Shown one piece after another: positions 1-7,171 of a stretch of 39,487 bases of DNA; position 1 is the stretch's first letter, and each line of letters opens with the position of its first letter. Below the pieces are notes generated by a model. The model did no database searches, was not told where the DNA came from, and saw nothing but the letters and a program-made list of their open reading frames with translations. The translations under genes were made by a program, and so were the position numbers. The DNA lies in IMG/VR virus record IMGVR_UViG_3300045988_112560, positions 1 to 39,487 of that record; one strand, written 5' to 3'. This DNA comes from a virus.

Positions 1-55
1 GTCCGCATTCGGGGCAGACGCCGATTATCCTGCGGGTGCGCGGCCTGCGGTCAAC
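1..55. repeat. Terminal direct repeat, copy 1 (assembly overlap closing the circle)
   Basis: GTCCGCATTCGGGGCAGACGCCGATTATCCTGCGGGTGCGCGGCCTGCGGTCAAC is identical to 39433-39487. Confidence 0.95.
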
Positions 56-472
56 GTAGGGTTCGATGCGCCGGCTCATGCGGATGAGTTGGCGTAGGAA
101 TCGCCCCGCGTTGCGTGCCCGACATAGCCATGCGAGGTGGGTTTGCATGCGGGGGATTAGGCGTTGCCATTTGTCGCTCCACACGAATCCCGCGTCATAC
201 CATGCGTCCTGCAGCAGGCTTTCGGCTTCATCCAACAGGTCGATGGCGTGCATGTTGACAGGGCTGGGCGCTTCGCCGCCCTTGGGTTTGCCTCCGTTGC
301 CGGGGTCGGTGAGTTTGTACTCGTGGTGCGCGACCCGCTGCAATAGTTGCATGTTGCGGTGTAGCTGGTGGAGTGTTTTGGCGTAGGTGCGTCGGCAGTC
401 CTGGCAGAGCGTCCATGGTGCCTCTACCTGCTGGTTGCCGCAGTATTGGCATGGTTCGGTTTGGATGAACAT
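1..472 (-). CDS. N-terminal part of a 256-aa zinc-ribbon/HTH DNA-binding protein that spans the contig junction
   Basis: ATG at 472-470, with GGAAGG upstream. Manual translation MFIQTEPCQYCGNQQVEAPWTLCQDCRRTYAKTLH...RRIIGVCPECG stays open to base 1. After removing the 55-nt overlap it continues in frame into 39432-39134 (472+299=771 nt). It is missing from the ORF track because no stop lies at this end. Confidence 0.8.
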   Translation of the reverse strand, partial: MFIQTEPCQYCGNQQVEAPWTLCQDCRRTYAKTLHQLHRNMQLLQRVAHHEYKLTDPGNGGKPKGGEAPSPVNMHAIDLLDEAESLLQDAWYDAGFVWSDKWQRLIPRMQTHLAWLCRARNAGRFLRQLIRMSRRIEPYVDRRPRTRRIIGVCPECG

Positions 473-549
473 TGTTTGAAACCTTCCACGTTCCGGCTAT
501 CATGGTGCTTGGTGAGCGTGCCCTTCATCTTTTCGGTGGAGGGTTTCGT

Positions 550-587
550 TTTTTACGCTGAATTCAGTGTTTTTACGCTGAATTCAG
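550..587. promoter_or_regulatory. Two tandem 18-bp repeats, each holding the 10-bp palindrome CTGAATTCAG (putative regulator-binding sites)
   Basis: TTTTTACGCTGAATTCAG occurs at 550-567 and 570-587, a 20-bp period. The sites lie about 80-115 nt upstream of the junction-spanning gene start at 472. Confidence 0.5.
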
Positions 588-772
588 AGCAATGGTTCGA
601 TGAATTCGGGCGTGAAATCGTCCTTGTGGGGTGCGGGCGTTTCAGGATGGGCGATGATGTACAGCACCTCATCCAATGGCACGCCGAGCAGCTTCGCCGT
701 GTATTCGGGCGTGGCCGCTTTGCTTCGATGCCATTTGAGTATTTCCTCGCGTTTGAGACTGCTTACGCTCAT
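584..772 (-). CDS. Small HTH-like DNA-binding protein (62 aa)
   Basis: ATG at 772 with AAGGAGGA RBS and an ATGA overlap with the upstream gene. Contains EEILKWHRSKAATPEYTAKLLGVPLDEVLYI. Confidence 0.65.
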   Translation of the reverse strand: MSVSSLKREEILKWHRSKAATPEYTAKLLGVPLDEVLYIIAHPETPAPHKDDFTPEFIEPLL

Positions 773-981
773 GATTCCTCCTTGAGCGTGGCGACATATG
801 CGATGGCCTTGCGTTCACGATTCGCATACTTCTCGCATTTGCGCTTGAGACGTTTGAGGCTCATGGCGTACAGGAAGTCTCTGAAGTTGCCGTCCTCGCA
901 GATTTTGGCTCGATAATGGCCGAAGGTGCTTTCCGCGCTGAATTGCGCAACCAAATGGTCTGTAAGCTGAATCTCGTTCAT
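769..981 (-). CDS. Hypothetical protein (70 aa)
   Basis: Internal ATG at 981 preceded by AAAGGAGA. The longer ORF-track N-terminus is R/P-rich and looks non-coding. Confidence 0.6.
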   Translation of the reverse strand: MNEIQLTDHLVAQFSAESTFGHYRAKICEDGNFRDFLYAMSLKRLKRKCEKYANRERKAIAYVATLKEES

Positions 982-1256
982 GCGTTCTCCTTTCGATATG
1001 GGTTTGGCGTGTATTCGGGCGGTTCCTCGCCGGGCATGGGGTTCATGTTCTTGAGGGCTTGGATATATCCGTTCTCCCATGCCTGTTCGGCTATCTGCCG
1101 GTCGTGTTCGTCTATGGCAGGTTTGAAAGCCGCCAGCAACAGGTCTTCGCTGTACAACTCGCCTTGTTCCCAGACGGAATCGCAAGCCATGCGCAGCAGT
1201 TCCCTGAAATCCTCGGGAATATAGTCTGGATGAATTGTTTCGTCGTGTCCGCTCAT
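978..1256 (-). CDS. Hypothetical acidic protein (92 aa)
   Basis: ATG at 1256 with GGGAGG RBS and a 4-nt overlap with neighbouring genes. Confidence 0.6.
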   Translation of the reverse strand: MSGHDETIHPDYIPEDFRELLRMACDSVWEQGELYSEDLLLAAFKPAIDEHDRQIAEQAWENGYIQALKNMNPMPGEEPPEYTPNPYRKENA

Positions 1257-1534
1257 TGTCCGCCTCCCATTTCCTTCTCTCGCGCCATGATCTCCACGTC
1301 GTCGGCGAGCATCCTCAGCACGCCGGCGAGCGTGCCATACGATTCGGCGGTCGGATACACCGTCTTGCTGACATACACGTCCCACCTGTCGGAGCCTTGA
1401 TGATTGTCGGCCTTGAGGATGATGAGCGGGTCGGCGTCGATGAAACGACCGTCCTTCATGCCCCGCACTTTGAGCATCAGACGTATCGAATCCGCCTGCT
1501 CGCTCGTGTTGCCCAAAATATCCAGAGTGCTCAT
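1253..1534 (-). CDS. Hypothetical protein (93 aa)
   Basis: ATG at 1534 with GAGAGG RBS. Starts MSTLDILGNTSEQ... Confidence 0.6.
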   Translation of the reverse strand: MSTLDILGNTSEQADSIRLMLKVRGMKDGRFIDADPLIILKADNHQGSDRWDVYVSKTVYPTAESYGTLAGVLRMLADDVEIMAREKEMGGGQ

Positions 1535-1797
1535 CGTCTGCCTCTCAGACTCTCGCGAATCAGCTTGTATTTCCGGTCGCCATTGCCCATCACATTCCAA
1601 CGACGGATAGCGGCGGCGAGTATCGAATCCTTCGTGAGCGTCCACGGCATTCTGGGTCTTTCCTGCGTGTCGATAAGACACTTGTACGTGCATTTCCCGC
1701 ATTTGAAAATCAGCGCGGACAGAAGCGGATATGCCTCCCATTTCGCTTTAATCTTGCCCCCGCATCTAGGGCACGGGCTAATCCTGTGAAAACGCAT
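1531..1797 (-). CDS. Zinc-ribbon protein, Lar-like (possible restriction alleviation)
   Basis: The start shares one nt with the upstream stop (TGATG). Contains CPRCGG...KCGKC...AAAIRRWN, which resembles the Lar-family CPFCGG..C..C..A(I)xxWN pattern. Confidence 0.5.
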   Translation of the reverse strand: MRFHRISPCPRCGGKIKAKWEAYPLLSALIFKCGKCTYKCLIDTQERPRMPWTLTKDSILAAAIRRWNVMGNGDRKYKLIRESLRGRR

Positions 1798-2042
1798 CAG
1801 TCCATCCTTTCGTCCAACCATTCGATGTCCTCCCAGATCGAGAGCATGACCTGATCGAGAGCGCCCCTACTGCTCAATGCCCATACAGCGCCGTAGTTGG
1901 CGCGCTCCCGCACCGCCGTGACATAACCTTTGTCCGGGTAGACGTGGGATTCCGCAATCCAGTGGAACGGGAGCATCCCCTTGCGCAAAATCAAAGTAAA
2001 ACGACTGTGCTCAACCTTGATGAAGCTCCTCATGTCGCTCAT
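1797..2042 (-). CDS. Hypothetical protein (81 aa)
   Basis: ATG at 2042 with GGAGGA RBS. Confidence 0.6.
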   Translation of the reverse strand: MSDMRSFIKVEHSRFTLILRKGMLPFHWIAESHVYPDKGYVTAVRERANYGAVWALSSRGALDQVMLSIWEDIEWLDERMD

Positions 2043-2401
2043 TCCTCCGTTGCCTCCATCGGGTAATTGATGTCCACAAGCAACTGTGTGTAATAGCTGA
2101 GCGCCTTCACGAGTTTGAACGGCTTCTGCGTCTCCGGGCCTCTGAACGGTGGCTCGTACTCCCACCATTCGCTGCCGTCGTATTCTTCGCGGCGCAGAAA
2201 ACCGCCATCAGTGAACGCCACGACCAGGTCGGCGGCTATCTCCTGACTGCCGTATCCGTCGTCGTAATCGATGTCGAGCACCTTTTCGGCCTGACTCCAC
2301 GGAATTCCCAGCTTCTCGTCGCGGGAGCCTACGAATCGAACGTCATCGGTCGAATGCTCGCTTTGTGAGATCGCACTCTTGGTTTCATCTAAAAGATTCA
2401 T
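2039..2401 (-). CDS. Hypothetical acidic protein (120 aa)
   Basis: ATG at 2401 with GAGGTGGG RBS. Confidence 0.6.
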   Translation of the reverse strand: MNLLDETKSAISQSEHSTDDVRFVGSRDEKLGIPWSQAEKVLDIDYDDGYGSQEIAADLVVAFTDGGFLRREEYDGSEWWEYEPPFRGPETQKPFKLVKALSYYTQLLVDINYPMEATEE

Positions 2402-2420
2402 TTTTGGCCCACCTCGATGC

Positions 2421-3020
2421 TCATGCTTCCACCGCCTTAGCAGGGCGGAACGGGCCGGCATTTACCACCTGCACGCTGTCCGTATAGAACCATGGGCGCG
2501 TGAAACACCAATCACCGTCGCTAATGCGTATGATATGCACTTTGCCGTCGCACATCGTCCACGTGTTACCGACCCTGTCCAGCCAGAGTCCGTCATGGTC
2601 GGGGAGCTTCGGGGTTGGACGCAAAGCGTAGCCGAAGTAGGAACGGTGTGGGTAGAAGGTCGTGTTGATGACTGCTACCGTCAGGGGCTGGAGATTGGAC
2701 GTAGTGCGTTGCAAGACGGTGTACCGGTTGCCGTCCGTGCCGACGTACACGTCGCCTTCGCGCACGTCCTCGATGTTGTCGATACGCTCGTACTCGGGGT
2801 CATCCAACAGTTCAATGGACTCGATGTCCCTGTAGGGGACGAAGCGCTCTGCCCCTCGATTGGCAGAAATGGGCACGACGGAGCCGTTTCTACTGCGCCT
2901 AATGTGCCCGGAACAGTCGGTGATTCCTGTAAGCACGGCACCGGCCACAAATGTGACCTTGACGTGCAGGTTTGCCATCTCTTCGCAGGTCTTGCCTTCC
3001 CAGAATGGTTTCTCACTCAT
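2421..3020 (-). CDS. Hypothetical protein (199 aa)
   Basis: ATG at 3020 with GAAGGAGA RBS and protein-like composition. Confidence 0.65.
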   Translation of the reverse strand: MSEKPFWEGKTCEEMANLHVKVTFVAGAVLTGITDCSGHIRRSRNGSVVPISANRGAERFVPYRDIESIELLDDPEYERIDNIEDVREGDVYVGTDGNRYTVLQRTTSNLQPLTVAVINTTFYPHRSYFGYALRPTPKLPDHDGLWLDRVGNTWTMCDGKVHIIRISDGDWCFTRPWFYTDSVQVVNAGPFRPAKAVEA

Positions 3021-3222
3021 TGTTGTTCTCCTTCTTTTCGTTCGTTTCGATTGCGTCCAGCAGATCGCATTCGGCGAGCATGAGATGCGCCTGGGCGCGG
3101 GTCATTGATTTCAACGTCTGCGCGCCGGCGCCGGCCATCCAGCCAAGAGAGCTCACCTTCGTCTCGAGCAGGTGGGTTTGCGTCGCGAGATCACGCAATC
3201 GTTCATCAAGCAGCATGGTCAT
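3013..3222 (-). CDS. Hypothetical coiled-coil protein (69 aa)
   Basis: ATG at 3222 with AAGGAGGA RBS. Confidence 0.6.
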   Translation of the reverse strand: MTMLLDERLRDLATQTHLLETKVSSLGWMAGAGAQTLKSMTRAQAHLMLAECDLLDAIETNEKKENNNE

Positions 3223-3397
3223 CGGTTTCCTCCTTGTTGAGTCGTGTTTCGATTTCGATGCACAAGTCGAGCGCCGCCGTGAAACCGGCCTGATAGGCGT
3301 ATAGCGCGGTCTCCAGCCTGCTCATGCCGCCAATCTCCGTGGCCTCCAACAGCCACGCCATCGCACGCTCCTGCGGGGTCGGGAACTTTTCGGCCAT
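3206..3397 (-). CDS. Hypothetical protein (63 aa)
   Basis: ATG at 3397 shares one nt with the upstream TGA. GAGGGG RBS. The ORF-track N-terminal extension is R/A/G-rich and off-frame-like. Confidence 0.55.
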   Translation of the reverse strand: MAEKFPTPQERAMAWLLEATEIGGMSRLETALYAYQAGFTAALDLCIEIETRLNKEETDDHAA

Positions 3398-3876
3398 CAC
3401 GCGCCCCTCAGAATCGAGCCGAGTGAGGCAGCACCCAGCTTCTGGGCACCTGCGAACCGTCTGGCCGTGGAACGTGACTTCGGCTGCGCGGCGGGCAGTT
3501 CGAGTGGGTTGCGCATGGTCAACGCCTGCTGCTGCGCCTGCTCCGGGCCGTTGCCGAGCATCCGCTGGCGGCGGTACATCCACGCCTCGTCCGCGGATAG
3601 GCCCCGCGCCTCGCATTCGCGCGCTATCTGCGCCTCCGAGGGCTTCGACTCGTTGCGCATCCTGCGCACGATGGCGTTCACATCGCCGGAACCGCACCAG
3701 CGACCCGTGCTGTTGTCCGAGTAGAAGCGCTTCACCGCCTCCAAGGCCTCGCCCAGCGTCATGTCCGCGCGAAGCTCCTCGTGGAACGTGCGCGCCTCCA
3801 AGTCGGTGATGGCCGCGTTGCCGTGGTGGACGCGAATCTTCGCCAGCACGAGCGTGCTTTCCTTGAGCGTCAGCAT
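3397..3876 (-). CDS. Hypothetical protein (159 aa), replication-module associated
   Basis: ATG at 3876 with GAAGGAG RBS. It lies directly downstream of the replication organizer. Confidence 0.6.
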   Translation of the reverse strand: MLTLKESTLVLAKIRVHHGNAAITDLEARTFHEELRADMTLGEALEAVKRFYSDNSTGRWCGSGDVNAIVRRMRNESKPSEAQIARECEARGLSADEAWMYRRQRMLGNGPEQAQQQALTMRNPLELPAAQPKSRSTARRFAGAQKLGAASLGSILRGA

Positions 3877-4793
3877 GTCAGTACTCCTTCCCGTGATTGG
3901 TTTTCGGCGGCTTCCTCGGCCGCGTAGTGGGCTATCAGTGCCGCGTTCTCATCCTGGTTGGCCTGCGAACGGTTCCACGCCGATGGCGAGGGGCGTGCGG
4001 TCGGCTCGGGTTTGGCCGGCAGCGGGTCATCGTCCCAGTGTTCGCCGTCCAGCCAGTTCGCCGGGGTGAGCGTGTAGCCGGGTTCCCGGTTCGGGTCGGC
4101 GGCGTACCTCGACGCCTTGGCGATCAGGAACGTGTTGTTGGTTTTCCTCCGTGCCTTCCGCCAAGCCGCGTACGCCTTGCGTTTGCCGGTCTTGCGTGGA
4201 TAGGTCTGCCAGAACTGTTCGAACTCGATGGGATAATCCTCGTCGGCTCGCTCTGCGGCCCCCTCGGCTTGCGAGGGGGTTTGGGGGAGAGAGAATTCTT
4301 CGTTAGAAGAATTCTTTTGGTTATTGGTTATTGGTTCTTGGTTCTTGGTTAAAGAGTCCCAGCGTGACTCGGGTGTGACATTCGAATTGTCACGGCGTGA
4401 CATGCTTGTGACATTCGTTTCGTCCCAGCGTGACTCGGGTGTGACATCGGCTTCGGAACGCTGCTTGCGCTTGCGGTTGCGAGCACCCTCCGCCCTCGTC
4501 TCCACCTGTTCGCGGCTGGACTGATGGGAAAGATAATCGTGGATGCGGTAGGAGCCGTCGTCCGAACGTTCGAACATGCCGACCTTGATCAGCGCTTCGA
4601 TGTCCTCTTCGGTCGCGTTGAGCTGGTAGATCACGTCGTCCTCGCTCATCACGCCGTCGTTGAGCACGTCGGAACAGAAGGAAATGGCCATGCAGTACAC
4701 TCCAAGTGCGCTCGGACGCATACGCTGTAGCTTCAGCACTTTCGTGTTCGAATGGAAGCCGTTACTCAGCTTCCCGTAGCCCTGTCTGGCCAT
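3870..4793 (-). CDS. Replication initiator/replisome-organizer-like protein with internal iterons
   Basis: ATG at 4793 with AAAGGAGG RBS. The N-terminus looks like a winged helix. The C-terminal motif EFEQFWQTYPRKTGKRKAYAAWRKA is typical of phage DnaD/organizer-like proteins. The gene contains an ori-like repeat cluster. Confidence 0.6.
   Translation of the reverse strand: MARQGYGKLSNGFHSNTKVLKLQRMRPSALGVYCMAISFCSDVLNDGVMSEDDVIYQLNATEEDIEALIKVGMFERSDDGSYRIHDYLSHQSSREQVETRAEGARNRKRKQRSEADVTPESRWDETNVTSMSRRDNSNVTPESRWDSLTKNQEPITNNQKNSSNEEFSLPQTPSQAEGAAERADEDYPIEFEQFWQTYPRKTGKRKAYAAWRKARRKTNNTFLIAKASRYAADPNREPGYTLTPANWLDGEHWDDDPLPAKPEPTARPSPSAWNRSQANQDENAALIAHYAAEEAAENQSREGVLTC
4292..4447. repeat. 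Putative origin of replication: inverted repeat, AT-rich heptamer array and iterons
   Basis: AGAATTCTTC-GTTA-GAAGAATTCT lies at 4292-4315. Five tandem TTGGTT(A/C) units lie at 4317-4351. The 25-nt direct repeat TCCCAGCGTGACTCGGGTGTGACAT occurs at 4357-4381 and 4423-4447. GTGACAT occurs four times in total. Confidence 0.6.
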
Positions 4794-4984
4794 CAGTCCG
4801 CCTCCTTTCTCTTGTCTCTTTGGTATTCGGCTATCAATGCCAGCAGTTCGGGGCTGGCGGCGATTATCTCGCTGGGCTTCAGCCCATCACCGTCCCCGTT
4901 GGTCTCGGGTTGGCGCCGGTAGCCGCCACGCGAACCGGTGCGACGGCTACCACCGATGTAGGAGTGCGGGTTAGTCCAGACCAT
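4793..4984 (-). CDS. Hypothetical protein (63 aa)
   Basis: ATG at 4984, high GC3, and the stop shares one nt with the next start. The RBS is weak. Confidence 0.45.
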   Translation of the reverse strand: MVWTNPHSYIGGSRRTGSRGGYRRQPETNGDGDGLKPSEIIAASPELLALIAEYQRDKRKEAD

Positions 4985-5507
4985 CGTCGGGTCCCAACGC
5001 CAAGCCGTCGTTCAGCAGGAGCGCGAACAATTCGAGCGGCATCCACACGAGCGTCGGATTGGATGGCACCGGCCTCGATTCGCCGCGCAGCCGGTTCGCG
5101 AGCTCGCTGCGAATCCGGTAGTCCGGTCCTAACACGTGCCCCATGTGAGTGGCGAGGAACCGTTCGAGCGTTCTGATGCCGAACACGGCCATCTGCCGGG
5201 CCATGCCCTTGAGGCTTTTCACGCCCACGCCCTTGCGATGTTGGATGAGCACACCGTAGGGAGTGTCCATGTTCGCCATCTCCACTTTGAGCTCCCGCCA
5301 GTGCTTGCGGTAGTTCGGCTGCTTCGTGTCCTTGCATTCCACGCACACCGGTTCGCCATGGAACGTGACGCCGATCAGATCGCCCTGGTCGGCGTTGCCA
5401 TGCAACGGCATACGGTCGATGCGCGTGTCCTGCAACGCCCACGCGAGGTAACGCACGGTCCACGTCTCGAGGCTTGTGCCTTTGCTTTTCGATGGGTTCG
5501 CCATCAT
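4971..5507 (-). CDS. PD-(D/E)XK family nuclease (possible Holliday-junction resolvase)
   Basis: ATG at 5507 with GGAGAG RBS. The motif GDLIGV...VCVECKDTK fits D...E-x-K. The ORF-track N-terminal extension looks non-coding. Confidence 0.55.
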   Translation of the reverse strand: MMANPSKSKGTSLETWTVRYLAWALQDTRIDRMPLHGNADQGDLIGVTFHGEPVCVECKDTKQPNYRKHWRELKVEMANMDTPYGVLIQHRKGVGVKSLKGMARQMAVFGIRTLERFLATHMGHVLGPDYRIRSELANRLRGESRPVPSNPTLVWMPLELFALLLNDGLALGPDDGLD

Positions 5508-5656
5508 CTCTCCAATCCGTAATCCGCATACATTTCGTCGGCTTCCTCCGCGCACATGGGGCATGGAATCGGTCTTGCCGGGTACAGCGGGCACCCGTGC
5601 TTCTCGCAGACCGGTTCCACGTCCGGCGGCGTCTCGTCGTGATACAAATGCAGCAT
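5504..5656 (-). CDS. Small zinc-ribbon-like protein (50 aa), absent from the ORF track
   Basis: Manual translation gives MLHLYHDETPPDVEPVCEKHGCPLYPARPIPCPMCAEEADEMYADYGLER. The start shares one nt with the ssb stop, and its stop overlaps the nuclease start (ATGA). Confidence 0.5.
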   Translation of the reverse strand: MLHLYHDETPPDVEPVCEKHGCPLYPARPIPCPMCAEEADEMYADYGLER

Positions 5657-6123
5657 CAGAAGCTCGGATCACTGGACCATGGGTCGGAGGCCGGAGGCTG
5701 AGACTGCTGGAAGCCACCTTGCGACTGCTGCGTGTAACCGGCCTGCGCGCCGTAACCCTGCTGTCCGCCGGTCTTCTGGCGAACGTTGGTGATGGCCACA
5801 GCGCTGGCGTTGACGTTGCAGCTTGCGGCGGGCTCGCCATTCTTGTTCGTGTAGGCGTCGAGGCCGCTGATTTCGCCCACGATGGTCACGTCCACGAACT
5901 GGTCCTGATTCTGACGCAACTGGCTGATCTGGTCGAACACGGGGTTGAGGTTCGCGTAGCCAGCAGGCCACACCGAGTAGTACTGTTCCGGCTGGCTTTT
6001 CCAGTTGCCGTTCCGGTCACGGTAGCCGGGCGTCACCGATACGCTCAGACACCGTTTGCCGTTCTGCGTTTCTCGCACGCCCCATGCCGTGCCCTGGATG
6101 ATGATGGTCGTTCTTCCCGCCAT
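5656..6123 (-). CDS. ssb: Single-stranded DNA-binding protein
   Basis: OB-fold-like N-terminus, a G/Q-rich linker and an acidic/aromatic C-terminal tip DPWSSDPSF. AAGGAAGGG RBS. Confidence 0.8.
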   Translation of the reverse strand: MAGRTTIIIQGTAWGVRETQNGKRCLSVSVTPGYRDRNGNWKSQPEQYYSVWPAGYANLNPVFDQISQLRQNQDQFVDVTIVGEISGLDAYTNKNGEPAASCNVNASAVAITNVRQKTGGQQGYGAQAGYTQQSQGGFQQSQPPASDPWSSDPSF

Positions 6124-6126
6124 GGC

Positions 6127-7158
6127 CTACTTCCCTTCCTTGACGCTGGCCTTGAGCTCGCCCAACACCTTGTCCAATTCCGCCTCGCTCAGGTCGGCGA
6201 ACGATTCCGACGCCATGCCGGTTATCTTCGCGACCGTCTGCAAAGCCTCCTGCTCGTCGGTTACGCCCAACCGTTGGAAGCGGCCGATGGCCTCAGCACG
6301 CTTAGCCTCGACCGGGGAGACCGAGGGCCGGGCTTCCGGCTGCGACTGCTCCGGTTCGTCCACGCTCACGTCAACCGGCGAATCGTCAGCAGTCACGGTG
6401 GGCAGGGGGCGGAACAGTTCGGAATAGTCGGGCGTGGTCTCGTCGGAGACGGCCGCGGACTGGGCTTCGACGCTCACCGGGAGCCATTTGAAGCTGCGGC
6501 GCACCACCGTCTTCAACGCCATGGCCTCATAGTCGGTGCGCCATGGGCCCTTGTTGCCTGCGGGGCTGCGGCGTTTGACGGCCTCGACTTCTTCCTTGGT
6601 CATGTGCACGAACACGCTTCCTGCAGGCAGCAGCTGGGCGTTCACATACACGTCGGTCAGCGTGGCCTCGGTGTGCGGCACGCCACGGGTGGCGCGGAAC
6701 TTGAAGTGCTGGCCGGTCTCATCCTCCCAGTAATCGAATTCGTCGCCCTGGTACACGGCCTGCGCGTGAATGCTCTTCAACTGGCCGGAACGACGGGCCA
6801 ACGCGATCATGCCGCGATAGCCGAGCACGAACATGGCCTCCTTCTGGCCGGTGCGCATGTTCTTGTTACCGAATGGCAGGATGTAGGCCATGCCGAGCCC
6901 GTTCACGTTCGACGGTTCCAGACCGAGGCTCGTGCAGCGCATGAAGCATGACAACACCGATTCGACCGAGCAGCTGGCCAGCTGGGGTTCGCGGTTGATG
7001 GTGCTCACGTACATCTGGTAGAGGCGCTTCTCGCTCATCTCCTGCGGCATGACCGCCGCGATGCGAGGCCAGCTCTTCTCGAGCAGCTGCTTCATCTGGC
7101 GCTGCGGGTTCATGGCCTGCATCTGCACGTTCTGCGCCTGTGTCGCTAACTGTCCCAT
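6127..7158 (-). CDS. recT: RecT-family single-strand annealing recombinase
   Basis: Contains RecT-like core motifs (SVLSCFMRCTSLGLEP...YILPFGN...LGYRGMIALARRSG). AAAGGAGA RBS. It is paired with the YqaJ exonuclease. Confidence 0.8.
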   Translation of the reverse strand: MGQLATQAQNVQMQAMNPQRQMKQLLEKSWPRIAAVMPQEMSEKRLYQMYVSTINREPQLASCSVESVLSCFMRCTSLGLEPSNVNGLGMAYILPFGNKNMRTGQKEAMFVLGYRGMIALARRSGQLKSIHAQAVYQGDEFDYWEDETGQHFKFRATRGVPHTEATLTDVYVNAQLLPAGSVFVHMTKEEVEAVKRRSPAGNKGPWRTDYEAMALKTVVRRSFKWLPVSVEAQSAAVSDETTPDYSELFRPLPTVTADDSPVDVSVDEPEQSQPEARPSVSPVEAKRAEAIGRFQRLGVTDEQEALQTVAKITGMASESFADLSEAELDKVLGELKASVKEGK

Positions 7159-7171
7159 AATCGGTTCTCCT

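Noticed and set aside
66-503. ORFs 66-386(+), 164-346(+) and 228-503(-) at the left end.
   Set aside because: All three are off-frame relative to the 771-nt junction-spanning ORF, which has an RBS, high GC3 and zinc-ribbon/HTH motifs.
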